A stretch of 64,000 nt of DNA from a virus. Lineage: Duplodnaviria; Caudoviricetes. The notes under the pieces are model-generated. The model was not told where the DNA came from. It saw only the letters and a program-made list of their open reading frames with translations, and did no database searches. Below are positions 1-8,929 of the stretch, piece after piece. The position numbers and the translations under genes are program-made. Positions within the stretch are counted from its first letter, which is position 1, and the number at the start of each line of letters is the position of its first letter. Where the stretch lies: IMG/VR virus record IMGVR_UViG_3300010262_000137, positions 22,155 to 86,154 of that record; one strand, 5' to 3'.

Positions 1-367
1 TATTAGACATTAAGATACTTTGCAATTCAGAAATTATTGTAAAAATTGCATGTTGATTATCTTCGTCTTCTTGTTCAAATATATTTAATACTCTTTTTAG
101 CATTTGAGGAAATTCGTTATTTATAGAATTTAGAACATCTAAATCATCCCATATCATAGGCTCTCTTATATCTGTTTCTCCACGCAAAAAAGATCCACTC
201 ACATTAAAAAATTTTTCTAGTGCAACCATATTCTGTGAGCTAGGTTCTCTTACGCCACGTTCCCAATTCATAATTGTTCTAAATGGAATATTTAACTGTT
301 CACCCATTTGTTTTTGTGTTAAACCTTTTTCTTTTCTTAAAAGTCTTATGTTGTCAGCGAGCTTCAC
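1..367 (-). CDS. XRE-family HTH prophage repressor (3' end truncated by window edge; absent from ORF track)
   Basis: Manual translation from GTG at 367 with RBS GAGGTG: (M)KLADNIRLLRKEKGLTQKQMGEQLNIPFRTIMNWERGVREPS..., open to position 1; divergent from the early operon. Confidence 0.9.
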   Translation of the reverse strand, partial: MKLADNIRLLRKEKGLTQKQMGEQLNIPFRTIMNWERGVREPSSQNMVALEKFFNVSGSFLRGETDIREPMIWDDLDVLNSINNEFPQMLKRVLNIFEQEDEDNQHAIFTIISELQSILMSN

Positions 368-400
368 GCTTATCACCTCTTTTATAGTATAGCAATTATG

Positions 401-499
401 TAACCACTTGGATAGAAAAAACACATCTAATAAATAAAAAAATGTCTTGACCTAACCATGTGGGTATCTTATAATATGGTTAAGGTAGCCATATGGATA
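401..499. promoter_or_regulatory. Three 14-bp imperfect palindromic operators in the immunity region
   Basis: TAACCACTTGGATA (401-414), TAACCATGTGGGTA (453-466), TAGCCATATGGATA (486-499); the middle copy lies in the promoter spacer. Confidence 0.75.
447..475 (+). promoter_or_regulatory. Sigma-A promoter of the early (lytic) operon
   Basis: TTGACC (447-452), 17-bp spacer, TATAAT (470-475). Confidence 0.8.
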
Positions 500-516
500 C
501 ATTTGGAGGTGATTAT

Positions 517-726
517 ATGTATTTAATACCTAATATTGACGAAATCAAAAAAAAGAGAAAAGCTAAAGGTTTGTCTAAATGCAAATTATCTATTGAGGCA
601 GGCTTAGGTAATCAAGCTCTAAGCAGAATTGAAAGGCAAGAAACAAAAAAGATACATCCGTTAAGAGCTAAAGAAATTGCAAGAGTATTGGAATGTAATG
701 TAAATGATATTTTTAAGGAGGAATAA
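517..726 (+). CDS. Ner/Cro-like XRE HTH regulator
   Basis: HTH (KKRKAKGLSKCKLSIEAGLGNQALSRIE); RBS GGAGG at 505-509 favours ATG 517 over 493; ner position. Confidence 0.8.
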   Translation: MYLIPNIDEIKKKRKAKGLSKCKLSIEAGLGNQALSRIERQETKKIHPLRAKEIARVLECNVNDIFKEE

Positions 727-728
727 TC

Positions 729-1331
729 ATGATTATTTTCTATTATAACGATAACAAACAAAACAATAACAAAGGTGTTAAAACCGAAGAAATAGATCGC
801 ACATTTTCTCACATAGAAAGGGCATCCGGATCCAACATAGACGTTGAACAATGTGAAATAGACACATTAGTTGAAGAAACGAATGAACATATAACAAATA
901 ATTTTAGTAAAAATCTTCGTTTATTAAGAAAATATTTCAAACTTAAACAAGAAGATATTGAAGAAAAAACTAATATTTCTCATCACACAATTGCAAGTTA
1001 TGAAATTGGTAGACGTGAGCCTACAGCAAAAAACCTTTGCTTACTTGCAAAACTCTTCAATGTAAATCCTATGTACTTAATGGAGAAAGACTTATCTAAA
1101 CACAATTATTTGCATGTTGTTAGTAAGAGCAATAGTTTTGCAGAGAATTTAAAAATAATAAGAAATTCTTTAAAAATGACACAAAAAGAATTTGCTTATT
1201 ACACTGGCTTAACTCTCAAATCAGTTATCAATTATGAAAATAAAGTTCATTTACCTGATTATTCAAGTTTAAAAATACTAGCTGAGAAGCTGGTTATAGA
1301 TCCATTTGAATTAGTGGGTACTGGTAAATAA
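729..1331 (+). CDS. Protein with two tandem XRE HTH domains
   Basis: FSKNLRLLRKYFKLKQEDI...IASYEIGRREP and FAENLKIIRNSLKMTQKEFA...VINYENK; start uncertain. Confidence 0.75.
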   Translation: MIIFYYNDNKQNNNKGVKTEEIDRTFSHIERASGSNIDVEQCEIDTLVEETNEHITNNFSKNLRLLRKYFKLKQEDIEEKTNISHHTIASYEIGRREPTAKNLCLLAKLFNVNPMYLMEKDLSKHNYLHVVSKSNSFAENLKIIRNSLKMTQKEFAYYTGLTLKSVINYENKVHLPDYSSLKILAEKLVIDPFELVGTGK

Positions 1332-1345
1332 TATCCAGTCCTTCT

Positions 1346-1390
1346 TAATGCAGCCAGCGGAGGTCACAAGCCCTCGAATAATGCAGAGTG
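1346..1390 (+). repeat. 45-bp early-region repeat, copy 1
   Basis: TAATGCAGCCAGCGGAGGTCACAAGCCCTCGAATAATGCAGAGTG immediately before the transposase RBS. Confidence 0.95.
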
Positions 1391-1403
1391 AGGAGGTGGT
1401 TAA

Positions 1404-3332
1404 ATGGAGACGCTAACACTTCAAGAATTAGCAGAATTAAAAGGATGTCACAGAGTTAGAATTCAACAACTTGTTACAGAAGGCTTTTATAAATCTGTAC
1501 AAGTTAAAAATTCAAGAGGTAGATTAGTTCATGCCATACCTCTAGATCAACTGACAGAAGAGGAACAACAAAAATACTACCAATCTAAAGGTATCTTAAA
1601 CACTAACATTGAAGTGCAAAATGCTGAAAAGTTAGAGTTCATGAGTACCGAAGAAAGAGAAGAGTGTGTATTTTGGGAAAACGTTATAAATGAATGGCAA
1701 TCATTCAGGAATAAAGAAAACGCAAGAAATAAGAGTGAAGTTGATGAACTATTTATCACAAAGGTGAAGCTAGAACATCCTGAACTTAATATCTCCACAA
1801 GTATTCTTTATCGGAAGTTTAAAGCCTTAAAAAACGGAGATCTAGAAGGCTTGATTGATAAACGAGGAAAAGCCAAGAAAGGCTATACAAAAATTGATGA
1901 ACATGTGTGGCAAGTATTCTTGAGTTTCTTGTTAGACCAAGCAAAGCATCCACTTAGAAAATGCTATCAATATACTCAGCTATATATTCAAGATACAGCA
2001 CCTGAGTTATATGAGGATATACCAGCTTATTGCACTTTTACAAGGCATGTAAAAGCCGATATACCTGATGCAATACTAACTCTTGGAAGAGATGGAGATA
2101 AGGCGTTTGACGATAGATGTGCACCATACATACGAAGAACCTATGACAATATGGATTCAAATGACTATTGGATTGGTGATAACCATACAATCGATGTAAT
2201 CGTTGGGGATGGCGAAAAAACATTCAGACTATACCTAACAGCCTTTATGGATGCACGTAGTGGAATTATGACATGTATCTATATTACAGATACACCATCA
2301 TCACAAGCTTCAATTTATTCATTAAGACGAGGCATTAAGAAGTATGGAATACCTAAGAATGTTTACTTAGACAATGGTCGAGAGTTCTTAACGTTTGACT
2401 TTGGTGGTTCAGGACACAGAAAGAAGAAAAAGGACGAAGATAAATTCGCTCCTCCACCAATTCTTGAACGATTGGGAATTAATATGGTCAATGCATTAGT
2501 TAGAAATGCGAAGGCTAAAATCATAGAAAGAAGATTCTTAGATTTCAAAAACAGTATTTCTAGATTATTTGCAACTTATACAGGCGGAAACGTAGTTGAA
2601 AAGCCTGAAATATTAAAAGTTGAACTTAAAAACGGAAATATACCTGATAAAGAAGCGTTTATCAAAGAAATCGAAGAACTGATTGAATATTACTTGAATT
2701 ATGAGGAGTACAACGGTGCAGTTGTAGCAGATAAAGGTAAAAGAAAGATTGATGTATATCAAGAGAGCCTACATACGAAGATAACTGCAACCGAAGAGCA
2801 ATTAAATCTCATGATGTTAAGATCCACTAGAGCTCAAAAAGTGACAAGACGTGGCGTTAGTTTGAAGATTGGTGGAACTCAGCTAGATTACTTCAACAAT
2901 GAACTAATCATGCAGATGCTGAATAAGAAAGTTTATCTAAGATATGATCCTGATGATTTATCCAGTGTTAGGGTTTATGACCTTGATGATAGATTCATTA
3001 TGGAAGTTGAAGCAGATAATGTCGCTGTACTTGAATATGGAGCAAGTAAAGAAGACGTTAAACAAGCGATGGCTAAAACTAGAGAGCTTAAGAAAATCAC
3101 TAAGAAAGCAATCAATGATTCAATCATCGCTAACATTGATAGAAACACTGCACTTGAATTGATGTTGAAATCAGCTAAAGACAACAAAGACAGTGATATT
3201 TCTAAATCAAGCTACGATTTAGAGGTCTTAAGGTCGGACGAAGATCCAATGTTATACAAAATGCCTGATGTTGATTTAGACAAGATGAATATAAACTCAA
3301 TTAAGCGACAAGGAGGAGATTATTATGCTTAA
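1404..3332 (+). CDS. Mu-type DDE transposase (MuA-like)
   Basis: N-terminal HTH; WIGDNHTID, YLDNGREF, KIIERRF catalytic segments; C-terminal Mu-transposase-like region (VYLRYDPDDLSSVRVYD). Confidence 0.93.
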   Translation: METLTLQELAELKGCHRVRIQQLVTEGFYKSVQVKNSRGRLVHAIPLDQLTEEEQQKYYQSKGILNTNIEVQNAEKLEFMSTEEREECVFWENVINEWQSFRNKENARNKSEVDELFITKVKLEHPELNISTSILYRKFKALKNGDLEGLIDKRGKAKKGYTKIDEHVWQVFLSFLLDQAKHPLRKCYQYTQLYIQDTAPELYEDIPAYCTFTRHVKADIPDAILTLGRDGDKAFDDRCAPYIRRTYDNMDSNDYWIGDNHTIDVIVGDGEKTFRLYLTAFMDARSGIMTCIYITDTPSSQASIYSLRRGIKKYGIPKNVYLDNGREFLTFDFGGSGHRKKKKDEDKFAPPPILERLGINMVNALVRNAKAKIIERRFLDFKNSISRLFATYTGGNVVEKPEILKVELKNGNIPDKEAFIKEIEELIEYYLNYEEYNGAVVADKGKRKIDVYQESLHTKITATEEQLNLMMLRSTRAQKVTRRGVSLKIGGTQLDYFNNELIMQMLNKKVYLRYDPDDLSSVRVYDLDDRFIMEVEADNVAVLEYGASKEDVKQAMAKTRELKKITKKAINDSIIANIDRNTALELMLKSAKDNKDSDISKSSYDLEVLRSDEDPMLYKMPDVDLDKMNINSIKRQGGDYYA

Positions 3333-4272
3333 CGTTGCAGTTAAAGAAAGACTTGAGAACTACATGAAAGAAGCTGGTGTTTCTCAAGCAAAGATTGCGC
3401 CATTGATTGGCGTGAGTATGACAGCTCTATCACAGTATAGAGGTGGTAAATACAAGGGTGATGTAACAGCAGTAGAAGCTAAAATTGTTGAATATTTAGA
3501 CACTATTACTGAACAAGAGGAAATCAAAGAAAAGGTTCAAACATATAAACCGATAGATGATTACATTCCTATTTCTATTAGCGAAGACATTTATAAGATG
3601 ATTAGATACGCTCAATTAAACGGAGGTATCGCCATTGCCCATGGTGATGCAGGAATTGGTAAAACAAAAGCAGCACAGAAGTATGTAAGAGAAAATCCAA
3701 CGCAAGCAATCTATATGGAAATGAGTCCTGTAGCTGGAACTCTAGGCAATATGCTTAGACTTCTAGCTAGGACACTTAAAATTCCTGAAAGCAGAAACAA
3801 GATGGAGTTGATGCTTGCTATCCGAGATAAATTGGAAGGAACAAACCGAGTGATCATCATTGATGAGGCTCAACATTTGAAGTTATCTGCTCTTGAACAG
3901 ATAAGAACCCTTGCTGATCCAAACTCAATCACAGGAACAAAGGGTGTTGGAATCGTGTTAATCGGAAACACAGAGGTCTATTCAAAGATGAAAGGTAAAC
4001 AGGAAGCACAATTCGCTCAGTTATTCTCAAGAATTAAGATGAGCCGATACTATTCAACATCCAGTGTTACCGATGACGATGTAGAAAAACTATTCCCAGT
4101 ATTAAAACAACAAGGTTTGAATAAAGAATTAAACTTCTTAAAAGGTGTTTGTAAATCAAAATGGGGCATTCGTGGAGCGACCAATGTTTATGAAAACAGC
4201 ATTAACAATGATGATGTTTCAGTAAATGGATTGTTCGCCATGGCTAGAACATTAGGAATAGAGGTTATTTAA
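3325..4272 (+). CDS. MuB-like AAA transposition ATPase
   Basis: N-terminal HTH, Walker A GDAGIGKT, Walker B IIIDEAQHL; overlaps the transposase stop. Confidence 0.92.
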   Translation: MLNVAVKERLENYMKEAGVSQAKIAPLIGVSMTALSQYRGGKYKGDVTAVEAKIVEYLDTITEQEEIKEKVQTYKPIDDYIPISISEDIYKMIRYAQLNGGIAIAHGDAGIGKTKAAQKYVRENPTQAIYMEMSPVAGTLGNMLRLLARTLKIPESRNKMELMLAIRDKLEGTNRVIIIDEAQHLKLSALEQIRTLADPNSITGTKGVGIVLIGNTEVYSKMKGKQEAQFAQLFSRIKMSRYYSTSSVTDDDVEKLFPVLKQQGLNKELNFLKGVCKSKWGIRGATNVYENSINNDDVSVNGLFAMARTLGIEVI

Positions 4273-4377
4273 ATATGTTAAATACACTGATTGAAATAGT
4301 TCATAACATCTGCACTGCCATTGTTGTATATGCAATCTATGTAAGTATTAAAAACAATAAAGAGGAGAAAAGCGAAA

Positions 4378-4635
4378 GTGAAAAAGATTAGGATTAAAAA
4401 AACATTGATTAGCGTTGTTGTTGGAGTGATTTTAGGCGTTTTACTTAGTCAAGTGACTTCTAAATTAAGCATACAAGATTGTTTGTTATTAGCAACCATT
4501 CTATTTATCCTTGTGATCGTAACTGCAGCTATTATGGCTGAAGATTTAGAAATAAGAATTAAAAAAGCCTATTTGGAAGGAAAACAAACGCATAATTGCA
4601 AATGCACACACACATTAAAAACTGAGGACAAATAA
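4378..4635 (+). CDS. Small membrane protein, hypothetical
   Basis: Two hydrophobic segments; RBS GAGGAG. Confidence 0.6.
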   Translation: MKKIRIKKTLISVVVGVILGVLLSQVTSKLSIQDCLLLATILFILVIVTAAIMAEDLEIRIKKAYLEGKQTHNCKCTHTLKTEDK

Positions 4636-4644
4636 AGTCCTCCT

Positions 4645-4689
4645 TAATGCAGCCAACGGAGGTCACAAGCCCTCGAAAAATGCAGAGTG
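4645..4689 (+). repeat. 45-bp early-region repeat, copy 2
   Basis: TAATGCAGCCAACGGAGGTCACAAGCCCTCGAAAAATGCAGAGTG, 2 differences from copy 1, followed by the same AGGAGGTGGT. Confidence 0.95.
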
Positions 4690-4703
4690 AGGAGGTGGTA
4701 GGA

Positions 4704-5075
4704 ATGGCAACTAAGAAATATAAACGTATGACTAATCGTGAAAAAGATGAAAGAAAGCGTGTCAAAAAGATTTTACAAGAAGATGGGATTCTTCCACCTG
4801 ATAAACCTAGACTAAACAGAAAGAAGTTCGCTCAAGAAGTTTATGATGAATGGAAAGATTACTGCTTAGGAGATTGTACGAAACTGAATACATTCATCAT
4901 TGTCTTAGAAATGATGACGAATTCAGGTCGATATGGAAGCATCAGTAAAGAAGACCTTGGTATTTTAAAACTAAAAAAATGTGCGATGGTGTTGGATCGA
5001 AAACTTCAAGAGAACGGTAATAGGATGACTTATGAACAGATTATTGAAGCTCTTGAACCTATATGGAAATTGTGA
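4704..5075 (+). CDS. Hypothetical early protein (addiction-module/phage conserved type)
   Basis: ORF track 4647-5075; RBS AGGAGG favours ATG 4704 (MATKKYKRMT...). Confidence 0.65.
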   Translation: MATKKYKRMTNREKDERKRVKKILQEDGILPPDKPRLNRKKFAQEVYDEWKDYCLGDCTKLNTFIIVLEMMTNSGRYGSISKEDLGILKLKKCAMVLDRKLQENGNRMTYEQIIEALEPIWKL

Positions 5076-5085
5076 GGTGATAAAT

Positions 5086-5271
5086 ATGGACTATCAGAAC
5101 ATGACCAACGAACAAATTAAAAGAAGAATTGAATGGATTGATAGAGAGTTATTCTATATCGACATGAAAGACAGATGGGATGCTTGCGATTGGAGTTTAG
5201 TACACCAGTATGAAAAAGAAAAAAGAGAGCTTCAAGCAATGCTGGAAGCTAGATGCAAGAAAATAGTATGA
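5086..5271 (+). CDS. Hypothetical early protein
   Basis: RBS GAGGTG before ATG 5086; operon packing. Confidence 0.55.
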   Translation: MDYQNMTNEQIKRRIEWIDRELFYIDMKDRWDACDWSLVHQYEKEKRELQAMLEARCKKIV

Positions 5272-5486
5272 CTGGACAAGAATTCTTTGAAAAAGTAACT
5301 AAAAATACTAGATACAAGCACTTATACGAGAACAACATACATTTCAATACGCAAATGCAATATATCAAGTCAAAACCCAAAGTCCTTACATCAACCTTGC
5401 TTGGCTCAATCGCATACTTAAGCATGCTTCTTATGTATCAAGATCTAGAAAAAATAAGAGAAAATGACAATGGAATAGGAGTTTAA
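5253..5486 (+). CDS. Hypothetical early protein
   Basis: ORF track; overlaps neighbour in operon fashion. Confidence 0.5.
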   Translation: MQENSMTGQEFFEKVTKNTRYKHLYENNIHFNTQMQYIKSKPKVLTSTLLGSIAYLSMLLMYQDLEKIRENDNGIGV

Positions 5487-5487
5487 C

Positions 5488-5634
5488 GTGGATAAAAAAG
5501 AGGTTTTAAACAAACTTAAAAAATGCGAAGAGGATTTAAAAAAAACTTCATCGCCAATGAGAAAAAGAGACCTGTTGAAGTACAAAAAAAGACTTCAAAA
5601 AGAAATGAACAAATGCAGGAGGATGGAACAATGA
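5488..5634 (+). CDS. Small basic hypothetical protein (48 aa, not in ORF track)
   Basis: GTG start after AGGAG; (M)DKKEVLNKLKKCEEDLKKTSSPMRKRDLLKYKKRLQKEMNKCRRMEQ; ATGA overlap with the next gene. Confidence 0.5.
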   Translation: MDKKEVLNKLKKCEEDLKKTSSPMRKRDLLKYKKRLQKEMNKCRRMEQ

Positions 5635-6236
5635 AAAGATTGATTCTGATTGTTTCACTAATGCTCACTATCATGGTAACGAATAAGATATATACCTTGA
5701 CAATCGCTCTAGATAAGAAACCAACAACAATCGAAACACAAATTGTTGATATCAAAGCTAAAGAGTTAAAAACAGAGGTCAGGACATATTACGATGTCCC
5801 TCTAGATATGGAGTTTCAAGATTATATTAGAGAAGAGTGCATAAATGCAGGATTAGATATGGAATTAGTTCTTGCGATTATGAAAGTAGAAAGTGATTTC
5901 AATTCAGAAGTTATATCAAGCACAGATGACTTCGGACTTATGCAAGTCAATAAAATCAATTTTGAAGAGGTAGAAAGAGAGCTTGGACTAACATATATGC
6001 TTGATCCGCACCAAGGCGCTAAGGCTGGCATCTATTTATTAAGCAAGTTGCAATGGTGTGAAAGCGAACATCAAATGCTCATGGCTTATAACATGGGTGT
6101 TACAGGTGCTCAAAGGTTATGGAAAGAAGGCATTTATGAAACAAACTACTCTAAGAAAGTATTAAAAGCAAAAGAACTGATAGGAGGTACTCAATATGAA
6201 ATCACAGTATTTTGTAATCAAGAAGCTGAACGATGA
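5631..6236 (+). CDS. Lytic transglycosylase (SLT domain) with N-terminal membrane anchor
   Basis: LAIMKVESDFN (catalytic Glu), DFGLMQVN, LMAYNMG; RBS GGAGG before ATG 5631. Confidence 0.85.
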   Translation: MKRLILIVSLMLTIMVTNKIYTLTIALDKKPTTIETQIVDIKAKELKTEVRTYYDVPLDMEFQDYIREECINAGLDMELVLAIMKVESDFNSEVISSTDDFGLMQVNKINFEEVERELGLTYMLDPHQGAKAGIYLLSKLQWCESEHQMLMAYNMGVTGAQRLWKEGIYETNYSKKVLKAKELIGGTQYEITVFCNQEAER

Positions 6237-6363
6237 AAAGCGATTTGCCAAGGTTGATGAAGAGCTGACAGTAGAAGAGTTTATGGCTTGCTTTTCTTTG
6301 TATGTTAAAGAAGCCTATCCGATTACAGAAGATGAATACAAAAAATGCATTGGGGATAAATAA
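6196..6363 (+). CDS. Small hypothetical protein (55 aa, not in ORF track)
   Basis: RBS AGGAGG then MKSQYFVIKKLNDEKRFAKVDEELTVEEFMACFSLYVKEAYPITEDEYKKCIGDK. Confidence 0.55.
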   Translation: MKSQYFVIKKLNDEKRFAKVDEELTVEEFMACFSLYVKEAYPITEDEYKKCIGDK

Positions 6364-6373
6364 CCCATTGCTC

Positions 6374-6418
6374 TAATGCAGCCAACGGAGGTCACAAGCC
6401 CTCGAATAATGCAGAGTG
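6374..6418 (+). repeat. 45-bp early-region repeat, copy 3
   Basis: TAATGCAGCCAACGGAGGTCACAAGCCCTCGAATAATGCAGAGTG. Confidence 0.95.
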
Positions 6419-6448
6419 GAGCATAGGAAAGCAAAGGAGGAAAAACAG

Positions 6449-6706
6449 ATGGAAAACAAACTTTTTAAAAAGATTTCTAGAACTGGTGGAATAACAATTC
6501 CTGCACAGGTGAGACATCAGATGAACATTCCAAAAGGTGCAGCAGTAGAAATCGTTCAAACGGAAGACAATAGCCTTCTCATCAAAAAGCATATCCCTAC
6601 ATGCATGTGTTGTGGAACTGCTGACCATGTAAAAGTATTTAATGGTGTGGAACTATGTACGACATGTGCTAGTAAGTTCATTGGAGGTGGCGAACATGGA
6701 AATTAG
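6449..6706 (+). CDS. AbrB/SpoVT-like DNA-binding protein with C-terminal Zn ribbon
   Basis: KKISRTGGITIPAQVRHQMNI..GAAVEI; CMCCG...LCTTC; RBS AAGGAGG. Confidence 0.8.
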   Translation: MENKLFKKISRTGGITIPAQVRHQMNIPKGAAVEIVQTEDNSLLIKKHIPTCMCCGTADHVKVFNGVELCTTCASKFIGGGEHGN

Positions 6707-7328
6707 AGAGAAAGTTGATCGCTACGCTGAACTAGATGCACAATTGGCAGGCATCAAAAATGAAATGGATAATCTAAAGGCTAACTTTGAAGAATACGCT
6801 GAAAAGGATCTACAGGATACGAAACTAAAAACTGTAGAAATCTACGGAAATAATGGTGCTAAAATCATCGTACAAAATGCAGCAACAGTCAAACCAATTT
6901 CATGGGTAGTCATCAAAGAGGTTTTAGGAAAGACTGTTCCTGATTTCATCAAAGAAGAAACAAAGCTCTCATTGACCGATGTTGCCAAAACAATGTTGGC
7001 GAATATGTTTAAGGGAGATTATATTGAAGATACATTATCCAATGTTGTCACTCATATGACTGCTGACAAAAAGAAACAAACGCTTCTTATGAAACGTTTA
7101 AAAGGTAAATACAAGCAAGACCAAAAGAACATCTTGAAGTACACTGACCTTAGCGAAAAAGAAGCAAGTGACACTGCATTCCTTGTACAGGATGTTATGG
7201 CTTATCAAAATATCTTAAGAATTATTGAAGCTTCAGGATTTGATGGAACTGTTGAAGAAGCAGTAGCTAAAATCAAGAGTTCATTGATTGTTGAAGATTC
7301 AGTCAAGGTAACGCTAGAAGCGGAATAA
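6696..7328 (+). CDS. Hypothetical Mu-like phage early protein (coiled-coil N-terminus)
   Basis: RBS GGAGG before ATG 6696; ORF track. Confidence 0.65.
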   Translation: MEIREKVDRYAELDAQLAGIKNEMDNLKANFEEYAEKDLQDTKLKTVEIYGNNGAKIIVQNAATVKPISWVVIKEVLGKTVPDFIKEETKLSLTDVAKTMLANMFKGDYIEDTLSNVVTHMTADKKKQTLLMKRLKGKYKQDQKNILKYTDLSEKEASDTAFLVQDVMAYQNILRIIEASGFDGTVEEAVAKIKSSLIVEDSVKVTLEAE

Positions 7329-7798
7329 TGGAAAGGAGCAATCTTATTATGAAAACTGTTGAGAGATGGCAGACCAAAAAAATATATGCTATTGCAAGTG
7401 CATTAGGATATGTTGATCGCCAAGATAAAGATAATGACATTTTGCATATGATTATTTTTAGTCAAACATGTAAATATTCAACTAAAGAACTAACGTATCG
7501 TGAAGCCAATGAAATCATCGCCTACTTGGAAAAACAACAGAATAATAAGATTGATGAAGTCATGACTGCAGGACAAAAAAAGAAATGCTGGTCATTGATG
7601 TATGAACTTCAATCTTTAGATAGAGAGCCCAATACTGCTCCTGTAGGCGAAAGATTGGCAGGTATTATAGAAAGACAGTTCCAAGTAAGATCAACCCCAC
7701 AACGCATATTTAATCGCCTTTCAAGAGATGATGGAAACAAACTGATTGAGATTTTGAAAAACTATGTTAAAACGGCTGAAAGAAAATGGATGAATTAA
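7328..7798 (+). CDS. gemA: GemA/DUF1018-like regulatory protein (Mu gp16-like)
   Basis: KKIYAIASALG...STKELTYREANEII pattern; directly upstream of mor. Confidence 0.7.
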   Translation: MERSNLIMKTVERWQTKKIYAIASALGYVDRQDKDNDILHMIIFSQTCKYSTKELTYREANEIIAYLEKQQNNKIDEVMTAGQKKKCWSLMYELQSLDREPNTAPVGERLAGIIERQFQVRSTPQRIFNRLSRDDGNKLIEILKNYVKTAERKWMN

Positions 7799-8118
7799 TG
7801 ACAGAAAGTGCAGATGTAACGTTGGATGATCTAAATGAAGAACAGTTACAGGTCGTTGAAGTCATTGGTTTAGAAGCCTATAAGCGTTTGATTTACTATT
7901 ATGCAGGAACAAGCATCTACATTCCTAAGTTCAGTGAAATTGAGCGAAGAAAGCGTAATGAAAAGATACGCATTGAATATGAAAAAAATGGGGATATCAA
8001 AGCACTTGCCTTGAAGTATGGTTTATCAGAAATACAGATACGTACAATCATCGGTGATTTGTTTAAAAACAAAAAAACTGATCCATATGAAGGACAAATC
8101 ACATTGTTTGATTTATAG
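7786..8118 (+). CDS. mor: Mor/C-family transcription activator
   Basis: VIGLEAYKRLIYYYAGTSIYIPK...RNEKIR...ALALKYGLSEIQIRTII. Confidence 0.88.
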   Translation: MDELMTESADVTLDDLNEEQLQVVEVIGLEAYKRLIYYYAGTSIYIPKFSEIERRKRNEKIRIEYEKNGDIKALALKYGLSEIQIRTIIGDLFKNKKTDPYEGQITLFDL

Positions 8119-8125
8119 AAAATTT

Positions 8126-8183
8126 AAAGAAAGTAGTAAAGTTTAACTATAAAGTAGTTTATTTTACCACTTTCTTTTTTTTA
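8126..8183 (+). terminator. Long dyad plus T-run after mor (terminator and/or Mor-binding dyad)
   Basis: AAAGAAAGTAGTAAA (8126-8140) vs TTTACCACTTTCTTT (8163-8177), one mismatch, followed by more T. Confidence 0.5.
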
Positions 8184-8224
8184 TCTAAAATTTCCCTTGT
8201 AATAACGAGCAAGGAGGTATAGAA

Positions 8225-8581
8225 ATGGAATATTTTTTAGAATTGGCAATTGGTACAGTCATTACAGTTATCACTTACTTTTTAAAAAAAACAATGGATA
8301 AAATCGACAAAACAGAACATAAAGTTCAACAAATTGAAAAAGATTATATTACCGAAATTGCTCACGAAAAGATTATTAAAGAAATAAAGAAAGATATTCA
8401 AGACATCAAAACTGACTACACGCCCAAAACTGAATTTAAGGAAGCGGTAAAAGAATTCAGAAATGATTTAAAAGAAGCGCAAAAGCAGTTTTTAACAAAA
8501 GAGGATTTTATTCGTGAACAACGAAAAACGGAAAACAAACTAGATGAAATCTATAAATTACTGTTGAAAGAGAGAGGATAG
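8225..8581 (+). CDS. Membrane-anchored coiled-coil protein, first late gene
   Basis: N-terminal TM segment, RBS AAGGAGG. Confidence 0.65.
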   Translation: MEYFLELAIGTVITVITYFLKKTMDKIDKTEHKVQQIEKDYITEIAHEKIIKEIKKDIQDIKTDYTPKTEFKEAVKEFRNDLKEAQKQFLTKEDFIREQRKTENKLDEIYKLLLKERG

Positions 8582-8583
8582 AA

Positions 8584-8925
8584 ATGGCAGATAAAGAAAT
8601 GTTAAAGAAGCGACTAGAAGCTGCTAACTTTATTAGCAACAATGGTCGTGTGTTAAGAACAATTAACGTTCTTAGATATAAGTATAACGAACTTAAAAGC
8701 GTTGAAACAGTGTTAGAAATGGATGGAGTTGAAAAGTGGGAATTTTTAGACTGTATCAACTATCTAACTGAAGAAAAATATATTCGTTTAAGAGATATCG
8801 CTACAAAAAATGAAGTATTGGAGCTATCTCAGGATGTCAACTACAGAAACCTTGAAGCTAAACTTACTAGCAAAGGAATAAGACTTTTAGCAAGAAACAT
8901 TGTAGACGATATGGTCGAGGTATAA
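8584..8925 (+). CDS. Hypothetical phage protein (winged-helix-like)
   Basis: ORF track; LTSKGIRLL C-terminal pattern. Confidence 0.6.
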   Translation: MADKEMLKKRLEAANFISNNGRVLRTINVLRYKYNELKSVETVLEMDGVEKWEFLDCINYLTEEKYIRLRDIATKNEVLELSQDVNYRNLEAKLTSKGIRLLARNIVDDMVEV

Positions 8926-8929
8926 GCCT

